Part shown: piece by piece, positions 1-12,402 of the stretch
Layout of the letters: each line of letters starts with the position of its first letter
How positions within the stretch are numbered: the stretch's first letter is position 1
Source: the human T2T-CHM13v2.0 reference genome, Homo sapiens
Length of the DNA stretch: 64,000 bases
Reading direction: 5' to 3' (one strand)
Assembly (NCBI RefSeq): GCF_009914755.1
Contig: NC_060935.1
Program-made: the position numbers and the translations under genes
Notes under the pieces: generated by a model
What the model saw: the letters and a program-made list of their open reading frames with translations, nothing else
What the model was told of the DNA's origin: nothing
Database searches by the model: none

Positions 1-299
1 ATTCAGTGCCACAGGAATTATTCTAGCCTCCTCCCCCTCACCTATGTACTTCTGCTCCTACCATGAGACAACTAGCTGCTAGCATCTGCCATCCATTTAC
101 TTAATTGTTCAATTCCAGCATACACAGTTTTGCTATTTTAACAGGAAAAACATAAATTCTTTCATTAAAAGAAAAAGAAAAGACAGGTAAGGTGCAGAAA
201 AGGGAGTACAACCCCTCTCAACACAAGAACACAAAGAGAATTCCAGATTCCTGATTTCAATCATTTCAGTAGGAGAAAGGCATTAGCTAATGCTCAGAG

Positions 300-3200
300 T
301 GGGGATGAAAGAGAGATTGTTGGAAGTTTAAATAAAGGGAAGACTGCATGACATGGGCGAGCTTATTTGTAAAAGATGCAAGATTGCTAACCAGCATTGA
401 GGTAGGTTTCCATAGTTGATTGCTCACCAGTGTTGAGGCAGGTGGTCATAGTTGATTGTTAACCAGTGTTGAGGCAGGTGGTCATAGTTGATTGTTAACC
501 GGTGTTGAGGCAGGTGGTCATAGTTGATTGTTAACCAGTGTTGAGGCAGGTGGTCATAGTTGATTGTTAACCAGTGTTGAGGCAGGTGGTCATAGTTGAT
601 TGTTACCCAGTGTTGAGGTAAGTGGTCATAGTTGATTGTTAACCAGTGTTGAGGCAGGTGGTCATAGTTGATTGTTAACCAGTGTTGAGGCAGGTGGTCA
701 TAGTTGATTGCTAACCAGTGTTGAGGCAGGTGGTCATAGTTGATTGTTAACCAGTGTTGAGGTAAGTGGTCATAGTTGATTGTTAACCAGTGTTGAGGCA
801 GGTGGTCATAGCTGATTGCTAACCAGTGTTGAGGCATGTGGTCATAGTTGATTGCTAACCAGCGTTGAGGCAGGTGGTGATAGTTGATTGCTAACCAGTG
901 TTGAGGTAAGTGGTCATAGTTGATTGCTAACCAGTGTTGAGGCAGGTGGTCATAGATGATTGTTAACCAGTGTTGAGGCAGGTGGCCATAGTTGATTGCT
1001 AACCAGCGTTGAGGTAAGTGGCCATAGTTGATTGTTAACTAGTGTTGAGGTAAGTGGTCATAGTTGATTGTTAACCAGTATTGAGGTAAGTGGCCATAGT
1101 TGATTGTTAACCAGTGTTGAGGCAGGTGGTCATAGTTGATTGTTAACCAGTGTTGAGGCAGGTGGTCATAGTTGATTGTTAACCAGTGTTGAGGCAGGTG
1201 GTCATAGTTGATTGTTAACCAGTGTTGAGGCAGGTGGTCATAGTTGATTGTTAACCAGTGTTGAGGTAAGTGGTCATAGTTCATTGTTAACCAGTGTTGA
1301 GGCAGGTGGTCATAGCTGATTGCTAACCAGTGTTGAGGTAAGTGGTCATAGTTGATTGTTAACCAGTGTTGAGGTAGGTGGTCATAGTTGATTGCTCACC
1401 AGTGTTGAGGCAGGTGGTCATAGTTGATTGCTAACCAGTGTTGAGGCAGGTGGTCATAGTTGATTGTTAACCAGTGTTGAGGCAGGTGGTCATAGTTGAT
1501 TGTTAACCAGTGTTGAGGCAGGTGGTCATAGTTGATTGTTAACCAGTGTTGAGGTAGGTGGTCATAGTTGATTGTTAACCAGTGTTGAGGCAGGTGGTCA
1601 TAGTTAATTGTTAACCAGTGTTGAGGTAAGTGGTCATAGTTGATTGTTAACCAGCGTTGAGGTAGGTGGTCATAGTTGATTGTTAACTAGTGTTGAGGTA
1701 GGTGGTCATAGTTGATTGTTAACCAGTGTTGAGGCAGATGGTCATAGTTGATTGTTAACCAGTGTTGAGGTAGGTGGCCATAGTTGATTGTTAACCAGTG
1801 TTGAGGCAGGTGGTCATAGTTGATTGTTAACGAGTGTTGAGGTAGGTGGTCATAGTTGATTGTTAACGAGTGTTGAGGTAGGTGGTCATAGTTGATTGTT
1901 AACCAGTGTTGAGGTAGGTGGCCATAGTTGATTGCTAACCAGTGTTGAGGTAAGTGGTCATAGTTGATTGTTAACCAGTGTTGAGGCAGGTGGTCATAGT
2001 TGATTGCTAACCAGTGTTGAGGTAAGTGGTCATAGTTGATTGCTAACCAGTGTTGAGGCAGGTGGTCATAGTTCATAGTTAACCAGTGTTGAGGCAGGTG
2101 GTCATAGTTGATTGTTAACCAGTGTTGAGGCAGGTGGTCATAGTTGATTGCTAACCAGTGTTGAGGCAGGTGGTCATAGTTGATTGTTAACCAGTGTTGA
2201 GGTAAGTGGTCATAGTTGATTGTTAACCAGTGTTGAGGCAGGTGGTCATAGCTGATTGCTAACCAGTGTTGAGGCATGTGGTCATAGTTGATTGCTAACC
2301 AGCGTTGAGGCAGGTGGTGATAGTTGATTGCTAACCAGTGTTGAGGTAAGTGGTCATAGTTGATTGCTAACCAGTGTTGAGGCAGGTGGTCATAGTTGAT
2401 TGTTAACCAGTGTTGAGGCAGGTGGCCATAGTTGATTGCTAACCAGCGTTGAGGTAAGTGGCCATAGTTGATTGTTAACCAGTGTTGAGGTAAGTGGTCA
2501 TAGTTGATTGTTAACCAGTATTGAGGTAAGTGGCCATAGTTGATTGTTAACCAGTGTTGAGGCAGGTGGTCATAGTTGATTGTTAACCAGTGTTGAGGCA
2601 GGTGGTCATAGTTGATTGTTAACCAGTGTTGAGGCAGGTGGTCATAGTTGATTGTTAACCAGTGTTGAGGCAGGTGGTCATAGTTGATTGTTAACCAGTG
2701 TTGAGGTAAGTGGTCATAGTTCATTGTTAACCAGTGTTGAGGCAGGTGGTCATAGCTGATTGCTAACCAGTGTTGAGGTAAGTGGTCATAGTTGATTGTT
2801 AACCAGTGTTGAGGTAGGTGGTCATAGTTGATTGCTCACCAGTGTTGAGGCAGGTGGTCATAGTTGATTGCTAACCAGTGTTGAGGCAGGTGGTCATAGT
2901 TGATTGTTAACCAGTGTTGAGGCAGGTGGTCATAGTTGATTGTTAACCAGTGTTGAGGCAGGTGGTCATAGTTGATTGTTAACCAGTGTTGAGGTAAGTG
3001 GTCATAGTTGATTGTTAACCAGTGTTGAGGCAGGTGGTCATAGTTGATTGTTAACCAGTGTTGAGGTAAGTGGTCATAGTTGATTGTTAACCAGCGTTGA
3101 GGTAGGTGGTCATAGTTGATTGTTAACTAGTGTTGAGGTAGGTGGTCATAGTTGATTGTTAACCAGTGTTGAGGCAGATGGTCATAGTTGATTGTTAACC

Positions 3201-4110
3201 AGTGTTGAGGCAGGTGGCCATAGTTGATTGTTAACCAGTGTTGAGGCAGGTGGTCATAGTTGATTGTTAACCAGTGTTGAGGCAGGTGGTCATAGTTGAT
3301 TGTTAACGAGTGTTGAGGTAGGTGGTCATAGTTGATTGTTAACCAGTGTTGAGGTAGGTGGCCATAGTTGATTGCTAACCAGTGTTGAGGTAAGTGGTCA
3401 TAGTTGATTGTTAACCAGTGTTGAGGCAGGTGTTCATAGTTGATTGCTAACCAGTGTTGAGGTAAGTGGTCATAGTTGATTGCTAACCAGTGTTGAGGCA
3501 GGTGGTCATAGTTCATAGTTAACCAGTGTTGAGACATGTGGTCATAGTTGATTGCTAACCAGTGTTGAGGTAAGTGGTCATAGTTGATTGCTAACCAGTG
3601 TTGAGGCAGGTGGTCATAGTTCATAGTTAACCAGTGTTGAGGCAGGTGGTCATAGTTGATTGCTAACCAGTGTTGAGGCAGGTGGTCATAGTTGATTGCT
3701 AACCAGTGTTGAGGTAAGTGGTCATAGTTGATAGTTAATGAGTGTTGAGGCAGGTGGTCATAGTTGATTGTTAACCAGTGTTGAGGCAGGTGGTCATAGT
3801 TGATTGTTAACCAGTGTTGAGGTAAGTGGTCATAGTTGATTGCTAACCAGTGTTGAGGTAAGTGGCCATAGTTGATTGCTAACCAGTGTTGAGGTAAGTG
3901 GTCATAGTTGATTGTCAACCAGTGTTGAGGCAGGTGGTCATAGTTGATTGCTAACTAGTGTTGAAGCAGGTGGTCATAGTTTATAGTGCAACTAATCTGC
4001 TGCTCTGTGTGATTTCTGTTCAGTAATGGCCAGTCTTGCCAGTATGCAGATAAAGAAAGTTTGGTTCAGATCTTCTAAGGCAAAGGCTTAGCAACTACAT
4101 TGGAGTATAG
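300..4110 (-). mobile_element. Probable L2 LINE fragment hosting the 36-bp VNTR
   Basis: Flanks (agattgctaaccagcattgagg; ggtcatagtttatagtgcaactaatctgc...gtgtgatttctgttcag) resemble the reverse-strand L2 ORF2 consensus as recalled. Boundaries approximate. Confidence 0.45.
385..3981. repeat. 36-bp minisatellite (VNTR), ~100 copies, unit AACCAGTGTTGAGGCAGGTGGTCATAGTTGATTGTT
   Basis: Read directly. The 36-bp period matches the 12-aa period (LTINYDHLPQHW) of the minus-strand ORFs. Confidence 0.98.
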
Positions 4111-5829
4111 GTTAGAACAGAAATTTAAGCTTAATTTTAACTAAGTGATTATGAAGATAGAACAAAGATTTAAGATAGTAGGACATTAGGAATGAAGGAA
4201 AAGTGTAATCTGCAACTATAACAAGTTAAATAACTATGACACGTTAAATATCTATAACACTGATATAGACAACCAGAAAGCCATAAGATCAATGAGAGGA
4301 GGTCTTGGTGAGGTTGATGAAGCTTCTGAAATAAGTAGTCTGGAAGCAGGAGGCTGTGTGATGAAAGTGGGCTATTGGAATTCATTTTGGGAGTGAAAAA
4401 GTTATTGGTGATGACAAGCTATGACCCCAGCAGTGGCTGAATACTGACTCCCCTCGGGTAGATGAGAAGGAAATTGACAACGTGGAGGTTAAAGCCCTGT
4501 GAATCCAGGTGCTGAGTGTTACATGGATAGTGAGCCACCAAGAAGGATAGCAGGTGCTGGGGATGAAGAAGAAGAAGAAAGTAAACAGGGGCTACACGGA
4601 AGGGTGACCAGGATGGCAGTGGACTATAGTCACCAGGAGTGGGGAGCAGGCAGGTGGAAAAGCCGCAAGGGGAATGGGCTTTGCAAAGAGACAAGGATGG
4701 ATGGCATCTGATATTAAGGGATTTAGGTGTTGAATGATGACAACTGTTGAAAAAAAAATGAATGAATTGTAAGCACACATACACAAATGCAGACACACAC
4801 CTTGAATAAAATCAAACTATGGGGCAGGATAGAGTTCTTTATTTCTACTTCATCAGTTCTTTCCTTCACACTGATGCTAAGCCTAGCCCAGACAGACCAT
4901 CTCACTTGGCTCACACCCAGGCTGAAATTTGGTATCACTGGACAGGAGGAACACAGGGATCCCTCCACAGGCAGCTACAACCATCCCCTCACCCCTAATT
5001 GCTGCCTTTTGCATAGCTTCGGTTTTGACTGCACGATTATTGCACTTAATATTCAAGTTTCATGGTCATTTCAGGAAAAAATTTCCATTAATAAAATGCA
5101 AATGAATACACCTGGGTGTCTCATTTACAAATAAATTTCTCGTTGATGTTTACTTTGTTTTTATATTCTTGCAAGGTTAAAAAGTTACCGTTTCTTGAAT
5201 ATTCCTTATTAATTTTTCTAGACATCAATTAATTTGTTGAATAGATTTAAACTTTATGATTTTTTTTCCCGACTCATTGGAAGCAAATCTTCAATTAGCA
5301 AAAGTTCAGAATTTTCCCATACAAAATCCTTATGGAGTAGAAGGGATGGTGGGGCTATTTAAATATCCTTGTGTTCCTGACAACACATGGGCTCCAAGGT
5401 GTGGTTTTTAGAATCAACCAAAGAAAAGTGCTGTCCTCCCGGGAGAGCTGGTAGAATCTCACAAGCCAGCTCTCATATCTGCGGTCTTGCTGCCGCCTTG
5501 TCAGAGAGGCATCTAACTAGCTTTGAGTTTGGGGTCAGCACCCTAACCGGGTTTATTATACTCCGTCTGAAAATAAGGGACCACGTTTGGTAAATATCCT
5601 GGCCTGAGTGTCCCATCCTGCTTTTACAAGGAACAAACTGAAGCTCCCAGAAACGAGGGAACAGGGGCAGCTCTGACTGTTTTCGTCTCCGGTATACACG
5701 GCATAGGAACTATCACAATAGACACAATTAAGCAAGAGGCATTGTCAAGCATTAAACATTTATATTTAATGTACAGCGGGATCTTCTAAGGTAGCTGTTT
5801 CAATTATTCCTGCTTTAGAAATCCAGAAA

Positions 5830-6046
5830 TTGGGAGGCCGAGGCAGGTAGATCATGAGGTCAGGAGATCAAGACCATCCTGGCTAACACGGTGAAACCCC
5901 GTCTCTACTAAAAATACAAAAAAGTAGCCAGGCCTGGTGGTGGGTGCCTGTAATTCCAGCTATTTGGGAGGCTGAGGCAAGAGAATCACTTGAACCCGGG
6001 AGCTGGAGATTGCAGTGAGCCGAGAGCGAGACTCTGTCTCAAAAAA
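5830..6046 (+). mobile_element. 5'-truncated Alu (AluY/Sc-like) with ~32-bp internal deletion in the right arm, inserted in a MIR
   Basis: gggaggccgaggcaggtagatcatgaggtcaggagatcaagaccatcctggctaacacggtg; probable TSD agaaattg at 5825-5832 and 6127-6134. Confidence 0.93.
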
Positions 6047-6084
6047 ACAAGAAAGAAAGAAAGAGAAAGAAGGAAAGAAAGAAA

Positions 6085-6117
<33 letters not shown>

Positions 6118-6130
6118 AGGAAAGAAAGAA
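6047..6130 (+). repeat. (GAAA)n-rich microsatellite derived from the Alu tail
   Basis: Read directly. Confidence 0.95.
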
Positions 6131-6189
6131 ATTGAGGTATGCAGAATTTAACCTGTTCACAGGCAATCAAAGTGTCAGAGCCAGGATTT

Positions 6190-6520
6190 GAATACGAGTG
6201 ACGTTATGTCAAGCGACATATGCCACTCACAAAATAACAAACACTGCATGATTCCATTTATATGCAGTATTTTAAATAGCCCAACTCACAGAAGCAGAGT
6301 GGAAAATGGTGGTCTCCAGGATCTGGGAGGAGGGATGGGGAGTTGCTTCTCCTGGAGTGTGAAGCTTCCTTTATGCGGGTGAATCATTCTGGAGATTGGC
6401 TGCAACATCGTGCCTGCAACATCGTGCCTGCAGATGACACCACTGCACTGTGCACTTGGAAATCCACTCAGAGGGTAGAGCTCATGTTAAGTATCCTTAC
6501 CATAATAAAACTTTAAAAAG
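6190..6520 (+). mobile_element. Old L1 (L1M/L1MB-type) 3' end fragment
   Basis: caaacactgcatgattccatttatatg ... atccttaccataataaaa, typical L1M 3' UTR. Confidence 0.7.
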
Positions 6521-7160
6521 AGAAAGAAGAAAAGATACTTTGAGACCTAACTCTTCCAATTTTTGTTCTGGCAGTCCTAATACACTCACCGAAGTTCATC
6601 CTTTTACAAAATTTTGCTGTAAACAAAACAAACAAGAAAAGATAGTCAGATTTCAGAAATGGAGAAGTTATAGCTAGAGCCTTCCAGCCTGAAACCTGGT
6701 ATTCTTTCTATTCTACATTAAGGTGATTAAAAAGCAACTATCTGCAAGAAATGTCTAGGAAAATAAGGACACCTGGCCCTCCTCACCCTTTCCCCGGCTG
6801 TCTGCCAAGCATGGCGCTGTGTGAAGAGGAAAGGCAGCTTCAGGAGGCTTGTGGTGAGTCTCCTGGGTCAGAGAGGCGCAGGCCTGTGTCTCTTGGCAGT
6901 GAGCCCACCCTGCTCCAGTGCTTGCTATTTCTTGGTCCTCTCTACTCCACATTGTCCCAAAGGAGCAAGTTTACTGCACTCAAGTTGATCCCTCCCATAC
7001 CAGAAGGAGCTCTTAGGCCTGCTTGGATCAATATCCTCACTTTGGCCCTGTCTAAGGCAATCAATGAAGAGCTGTCTGGCTGAGAACACAATCTGTGCAT
7101 CAGGTCTGCATTTCACAAGGGCTCCCACCTCAGCCTTGAGCTGGGGGTTAATGGGGCCCT

Positions 7161-7533
7161 AATATGGTTCAGATCTGTGTCCCTGCCCAAATCTCTTGTT
7201 GAATTGAAATCCCCAGTGTTAGAGGAGGGGCCTGGTGGGAGGTAATGGGATCACGGGGCTGAATTCCCCCTTACTGTTCTCAGGGTAGTGAGTGAGTTCC
7301 CACAAGATCTGGTTGCTTGAAAATGTGTAGCTCCTCCCCTTTCACTGTCTTCCTCTTGCCCAGGCCATGTAAGATGTGCCTGCTTCCACTTTGCCTTCCA
7401 CCATGACTGAAAGTTTCCTGAGGCCTCCGCAGCCATGCTTCCTGTACAGCCTGTGAAGCTGTGAGCCAATTAAACCTCTTTTCTTTAAAATTACCCAGTT
7501 TCAGGTACTTCTTTGTAGTAGTGTGAGAACAGG
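7161..7533 (+). mobile_element. MaLR solo LTR (MST family)
   Basis: atatggtt...cccaaatctcttgttgaattgaaatccccagtgtt...ttgccttccaccatgactgaaagtttcctgaggcctcc...aattaaacctcttttcttt. Confidence 0.88.
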
Positions 7534-7583
7534 CCCCCAGGAGATGGGCATCTCCTCCAGAAATAACTGAAACAGTCTGTGCA

Positions 7584-10140
7584 AGACCTCACAGGGGTGT
7601 CTAAGGGAAAGAATATAGTCATGAGGCTCACAGAGGTGTCCAAGGGACAGAATACAGTCATGAGAGCTCACATGGGTGTCCAAGGGACAGAATACAGTCA
7701 TGAGAGCTCACAGGGGTGTCCAAGGGACAGAATACAGTCATGAGAGCTCACAGGGGTGTCCAAGGGACAGAATACAGTCATGAGAGCTCACACGGGTGTC
7801 CAAGGGACAGAATACAGTCATGAGAGCTCACAGCGGTGTCCAAGGGACAGAATACAGTCATGAGAGCTCACACGGGTGTCCAAGGGACAGAATACAGTCA
7901 TGAAAGCTCACAGGGGTGTCCAAGGGACAGAATACAGTCATGAGAGCTCACAGGGGTGTCCAAGAGACAGAATACAGTCATGAGAGCTCACAGGGGTGTC
8001 CAAGGGACAGAATACAGTCATGAGAGCTCACACGGGTGTCCAAGGGACAGAATATAGTCATGAGAGCTCACAGGGGTGTCCAAGGGACAGAATACAGTCA
8101 TGAGAGCTCACAGGGGTGTCCAAGGGACAGAATACAGTCATGAGAGCTCACAGGGGTGTCCAAGGGACAGAATACAGGCATGAGAGCTCACAGGGGTGTC
8201 CAAGGGACAGAATACAGTCATGAGAGCTCACAGGGGTGTCCAAGGGACAGAATACAGGCATGAGAGCTCACAGGGGTGTCCAAGGGACAGAATACAGGCA
8301 TGAGAGCTCACACGGGTGTCCAAGAGACAGAATACAGTCATGAGAGCTCACAGCGGTGTCCAAGGGACAGAATACAGTCATGAGAACTCACACGGGTGTC
8401 CAAGGGACAGAATACAGTCATGAGAGCTCACAGGGGTGTCCAAGGGACAGAATACAGTCATGAGAGCTCACAGGGGTGTCCAAGGGACAGAATACAGGCA
8501 TGAGAGCTCACAGGGGTGTCCAAGGGAAAGAATACAGTCATGAGGCTCACAGAGGTGTCCAAGGGACAGAATACAGTCATGAGAGCTCACAGGGGTGTCC
8601 AAGGGACAGAATACAGTCATGAGAGCTCACAGAGGTGTCCAAGGGACAGAATACAGTCATGAGAGCTCACAGGGGTGTCCAAGGGACAGAATAGAGTCAT
8701 GAGAGCTCACAGGGGGTCCAAGGGACAGAATACAGTCATGAGAGCTCACACGGGTGTCCAAGGGCCAGAATACAGGCATGAGAGCTCACAGTGGTGTCCA
8801 AGGGACAGAATACAGTCATGAGAGCTCACAGGGGTGTCCAAGGGACAGAATACAGTCATGAGAGCTCACACGGGTGTCCAAGGGACAGAATACAGTCATG
8901 AAAGCTCACAGGGGTGTCCAAGGGACAGAATACAGGCATGAGAGCTCACAGGGGTGTCCAAGGGACAGAATACAGTCATGAAAGCTTACAGGGATGTCCA
9001 AGGGACAGAATACAGGCATGAGAGCTCACAGGGGTGTCCAAGAGACAGAATACAGTCATGAGAGCTCACAGGGGTGTCCAAGGGACAGATTACAGTCATG
9101 AGAGCTCACACGGGTGTCCAAGGGACAGAATACAGTCATGAGAGCTCACACGGGTGTCCAAGGCACAGAATACAGTCATGAGAGCTCACACGGGTGTCCT
9201 AGGGACAGAATACAGTCATGAGAGCTCACACGGGTGTCCAAGGGACAAAATACAGTCATGAGAGCTCACATGGGTGTCCAAGGGACAGAATACAGTCATG
9301 AGAGCTCACAGGGGTTTCCAAGGGACAGAATACAGTCATGAGAGCTCACAGGGGTGTCCAAGGGACAGAATACAGTCATGAGAGCTCACAAGGGTGTCCA
9401 AGGGATGGAATACAGTCATGAGAGCTCACACGGGTGTCCAAGGGAAAGAATACAGTCATGAGGCTCACAGAGGTGTCCAAGGGACGGAAAACAGTCATGA
9501 GAGCTCACAGGGGTGTCCAAGGGACAGAATACAGTCATGAGAGCTCACACGGGTGTCCAAGGGACAGAATACAGTCATGAGAGCTCACAGGGGTATCCAA
9601 GGGACAGAATACAGTCATGAAAGCTCACAGGGGTGTCCAAGAGACAGAATACAGTCATGAGAGCTCACAGGGGTGTCCAAGGGACAGAATACAGGCATGA
9701 GAGCTCACACGGGTGTCCAAGGGAAAGAATACAGTCATGAGGCTCACAGAGGTGTCCAAGGGACAGAAAACAGTCATGAGAGCTCACAGGGGTGTCCAAG
9801 GGACAGAATACAGTCATGAGATCTCACAGGGGTGTCCAAGGGACAGAATACAGGCATGAGAGCTCACAGGGGTATCCAAGGGACAGAATACAGTCATGAA
9901 AGCTCACAGGGGTGTCCAAGGTACAGAATACAGGCATGAGAGCTCACAGGGGTGTCCAAGAGACAGAATACAGGCATGAGAGCTCACAGGTGTGTCCAAG
10001 GGACAGAATACAGTCATGAGAGCTCACAGGGGTGTCCAAGGGACAGAATACAGTCATGAGAACTCACAGGGGTGTCCAAGGGACAGAATACAGTCATGAG
10101 AACTCACAGGGGTGTCCAAGGGACAGAATACAGTCATGGG
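7584..10140. repeat. 40-bp minisatellite (VNTR), ~64 copies, unit AGAGCTCACAGGGGTGTCCAAGGGACAGAATACAGTCATG
   Basis: Read directly; a few 39-bp variant units. Confidence 0.98.
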
Positions 10141-10374
10141 CTCTTGGTTTCTTACCCCAAACACAAGTGAGTTTCACATTGGGAGAGAGACCCTGGTGGA
10201 AGGGGCTCTCAGGACCCGCACATTTGCCTTACTTATCCCTCCCTTCATATCTCCCGTGTTTGGGCCTGAAAACTCTCTCTGGTCCCGTGGAAACTAGCCC
10301 TCTCCCTCCCCATCAACTTTTATAAACTTCCTTTTCTATTTCACCGTAGAATATTCCCATATTTCTGAGGGGTG

Positions 10375-10675
10375 TGTGATATCATGATGTAATAAGAAAT
10401 ATGTATTTGATCTCTGTCCCTGGTTCCTGGCACAGAAATCCTAAAATCCTGGTAGTTTTCTGAGCAATGGGGTGCAAGATACATCTTTGGTTCTAGTATT
10501 TTGTCTTTTACCCCCTGTATCCGACACAGAGCTCCTAAACATTTTAAATTTCCTGGGTGATAGGAGCATCTTTTGTTTTAATGAGGTGACTCTTGCTGGG
10601 CTCCTGGGTGGAAGCTGGTCCCAGAAAGACCATGCTGGGAACATTCAACTCCACTCCTCATCCTCTGGGAAGGGA
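10375..10675 (+). mobile_element. MER21-like LTR fragment
   Basis: Starts tgtgatatcatgatgtaataagaaatatgtatttg; contains acacagagctcctaaa and aatttcctgggtgataggagcatctttt, as in recalled MER21 consensus. Confidence 0.75.
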
Positions 10676-10779
10676 GTTACAAGTAATAATGTTTTATCAA
10701 AAGGGATCTGGCACCAACCTGAAGAAGGATCTCTGGACAAAAATGAGACAGTTGAGCACCAGCAACTGCAGTGGATTAA

Positions 10780-11630
10780 AGCACATAAGCTATGTTAACA
10801 TCCATGACAGCTTAATAACCTTAAAAACAAACAAAAATGCCAAAGGATATAGTGGCCATTTAAGGATGATATTGAACTAACTCAAACTTTTGAAAACTGA
10901 TAAATAAAAGGAAAAAAGTCAAGCGTTTATCCTACTTTCCCGTTGACACTGTGCCTTAGATTAACCAGATAAATGATGTGAAGACAGGAGATGGCATCAG
11001 AACCAGAGCGCCCACCTGTGTTCAGGGCTGAGCTGGCTCACCGTGCTCGGGCATCAGAACCAGAGCGCCCACCTGTGTTCAGGGCTGAGCTGGCTCACTG
11101 TGCTCGGGCATCAGAACCAGAGCGCCCACCTGTGTTCAGGGCTGAGCAGGCTCACCGTGCTCGGGCATCAGAACCAGAGCGCCCACCTGTGTTCAGGGCT
11201 GAGCTGGCTCACTGTGCTCGGGCATCAGAACCAGAGCGCCCACCTGTGTTCAGGGCTGAGCTGGCTCACCGTGCTCTGATAGCATCAGAACCAGAGCGCC
11301 CACCTGTGTTCAGGGCTGAGCAGGCTCACCGTGCTCTGATAGCATCAGAACCAGAGCGCCCACCTGTGTTCAGGGCTGAGCTGGCTCACCGTGCTCTGAT
11401 AGCATCAGAACCAGAGCGCCCACCTGTGTTCAGGGCTGAGCAGGCTCACCATGCTCGGGCATCAGAACCAGAGCGCCCACCTGTGTTCAGGGCTGAGCTG
11501 GCTCACTGTGCTCGGGCATCACAGTTCACAGGAAATGGAAAAGGCCATGCTGCAAGCCATGAGGACCAGGTCAGCCTCTGATGGGAGCTCTGCTTGAGAA
11601 AAATGAGAAGGATCCATCAATAATTTGTTC
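10780..11630 (+). mobile_element. Old L1 (L1MC/L1ME-type) 3' UTR fragment interrupted by the 57/60-bp VNTR
   Basis: aagcgtttatcctactttcc...ttaaccagataaatgatg before the array and cagttcacaggaaatgg after it resemble L1MC 3' UTR. Confidence 0.5.
10993..11520. repeat. 57/60-bp minisatellite, 9 copies (six of 57 bp, three of 60 bp)
   Basis: Unit GGCATCAGAACCAGAGCGCCCACCTGTGTTCAGGGCTGAGCTGGCTCACCGTGCTCG; starts at 10993, 11050, 11107, 11164, 11221, 11281, 11341, 11401, 11458. Confidence 0.97.
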
Positions 11631-11960
11631 CTTTTCAGGCTCCTGGGGCTGGGCTGGCTGCCCAGTGCAGTAGGGTCCAGAGACGGATAAAGAGAAAGAT
11701 GGGGAAAGTGGAACAACTGAGATCTTATCTGAAATCATGGGTGTGGGGACACCAGCTGGCCATGGAAACCTCTGTAGGAGTTAACTAACAAGTCCTTCCA
11801 ATCACAGGTCAGGACTGTCCGCTACACTGGGAGACAGGGATAAGGGCAGGGTGGGAGGATGTCCTGCAGGTGTGTCTTGCATCGAATGGAGGTGGGGAGG
11901 AGCAGGCCTTTACCCAGAAAATTCCTCTTTGCTATTGATTTATTTTCTGTGCTAACCTAC

Positions 11961-12402
11961 TGTCTTAATCAGTTTTGTGTTGCTATAACAGCGTTCTTGA
12001 GGCTCGGTAATTTATAAAAAGAAGAGGCTTATTTGGCTCACAATTCTGGTGGCTGGAAGGTTCAAGATTTGACAGCTCCATCTGGTGAGGACCTCACACG
12101 GCTTCAACTGCTACTGGAATGCAAAAGATGAGTAAGTGTGCAAAGAGACTACAAGGCAAGAGAAGAAACAGGAGAAACCAAGGGAGGCAGACTCTTAACA
12201 ACTCACTCCAGTGAAAATCAATCTATTCCTGAGAAAGCAAGAGTGAGAGCTCACCCCCACAAAAGGACATTTACCTATTCAGGAGAGATCTACCCTATGA
12301 CCCAAACACCTCCCACTAGGCCCCACCTCCCAGTGCTGCCACACTGGGGATCAAATTTCAACATGAGTTTTGGCAGGACCAAACCACATCCGAACCACAG
12401 CA
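11961..12402 (-). mobile_element. MaLR solo LTR (MSTB/MSTD-like)
   Basis: tgtcttaatcagttttgtgttgctataaca...ggtaatttataaaaagaagagg...gatcaaatttcaacatgagttttgg...aaccacagca. Confidence 0.85.

Noticed and set aside
424-3918. Minus-strand ORFs of (LTINYDHLPQHW)n
   Set aside because: Pure translation of the 36-bp unit; start and stop codons come from sporadic unit variants; no flanking coding sequence.
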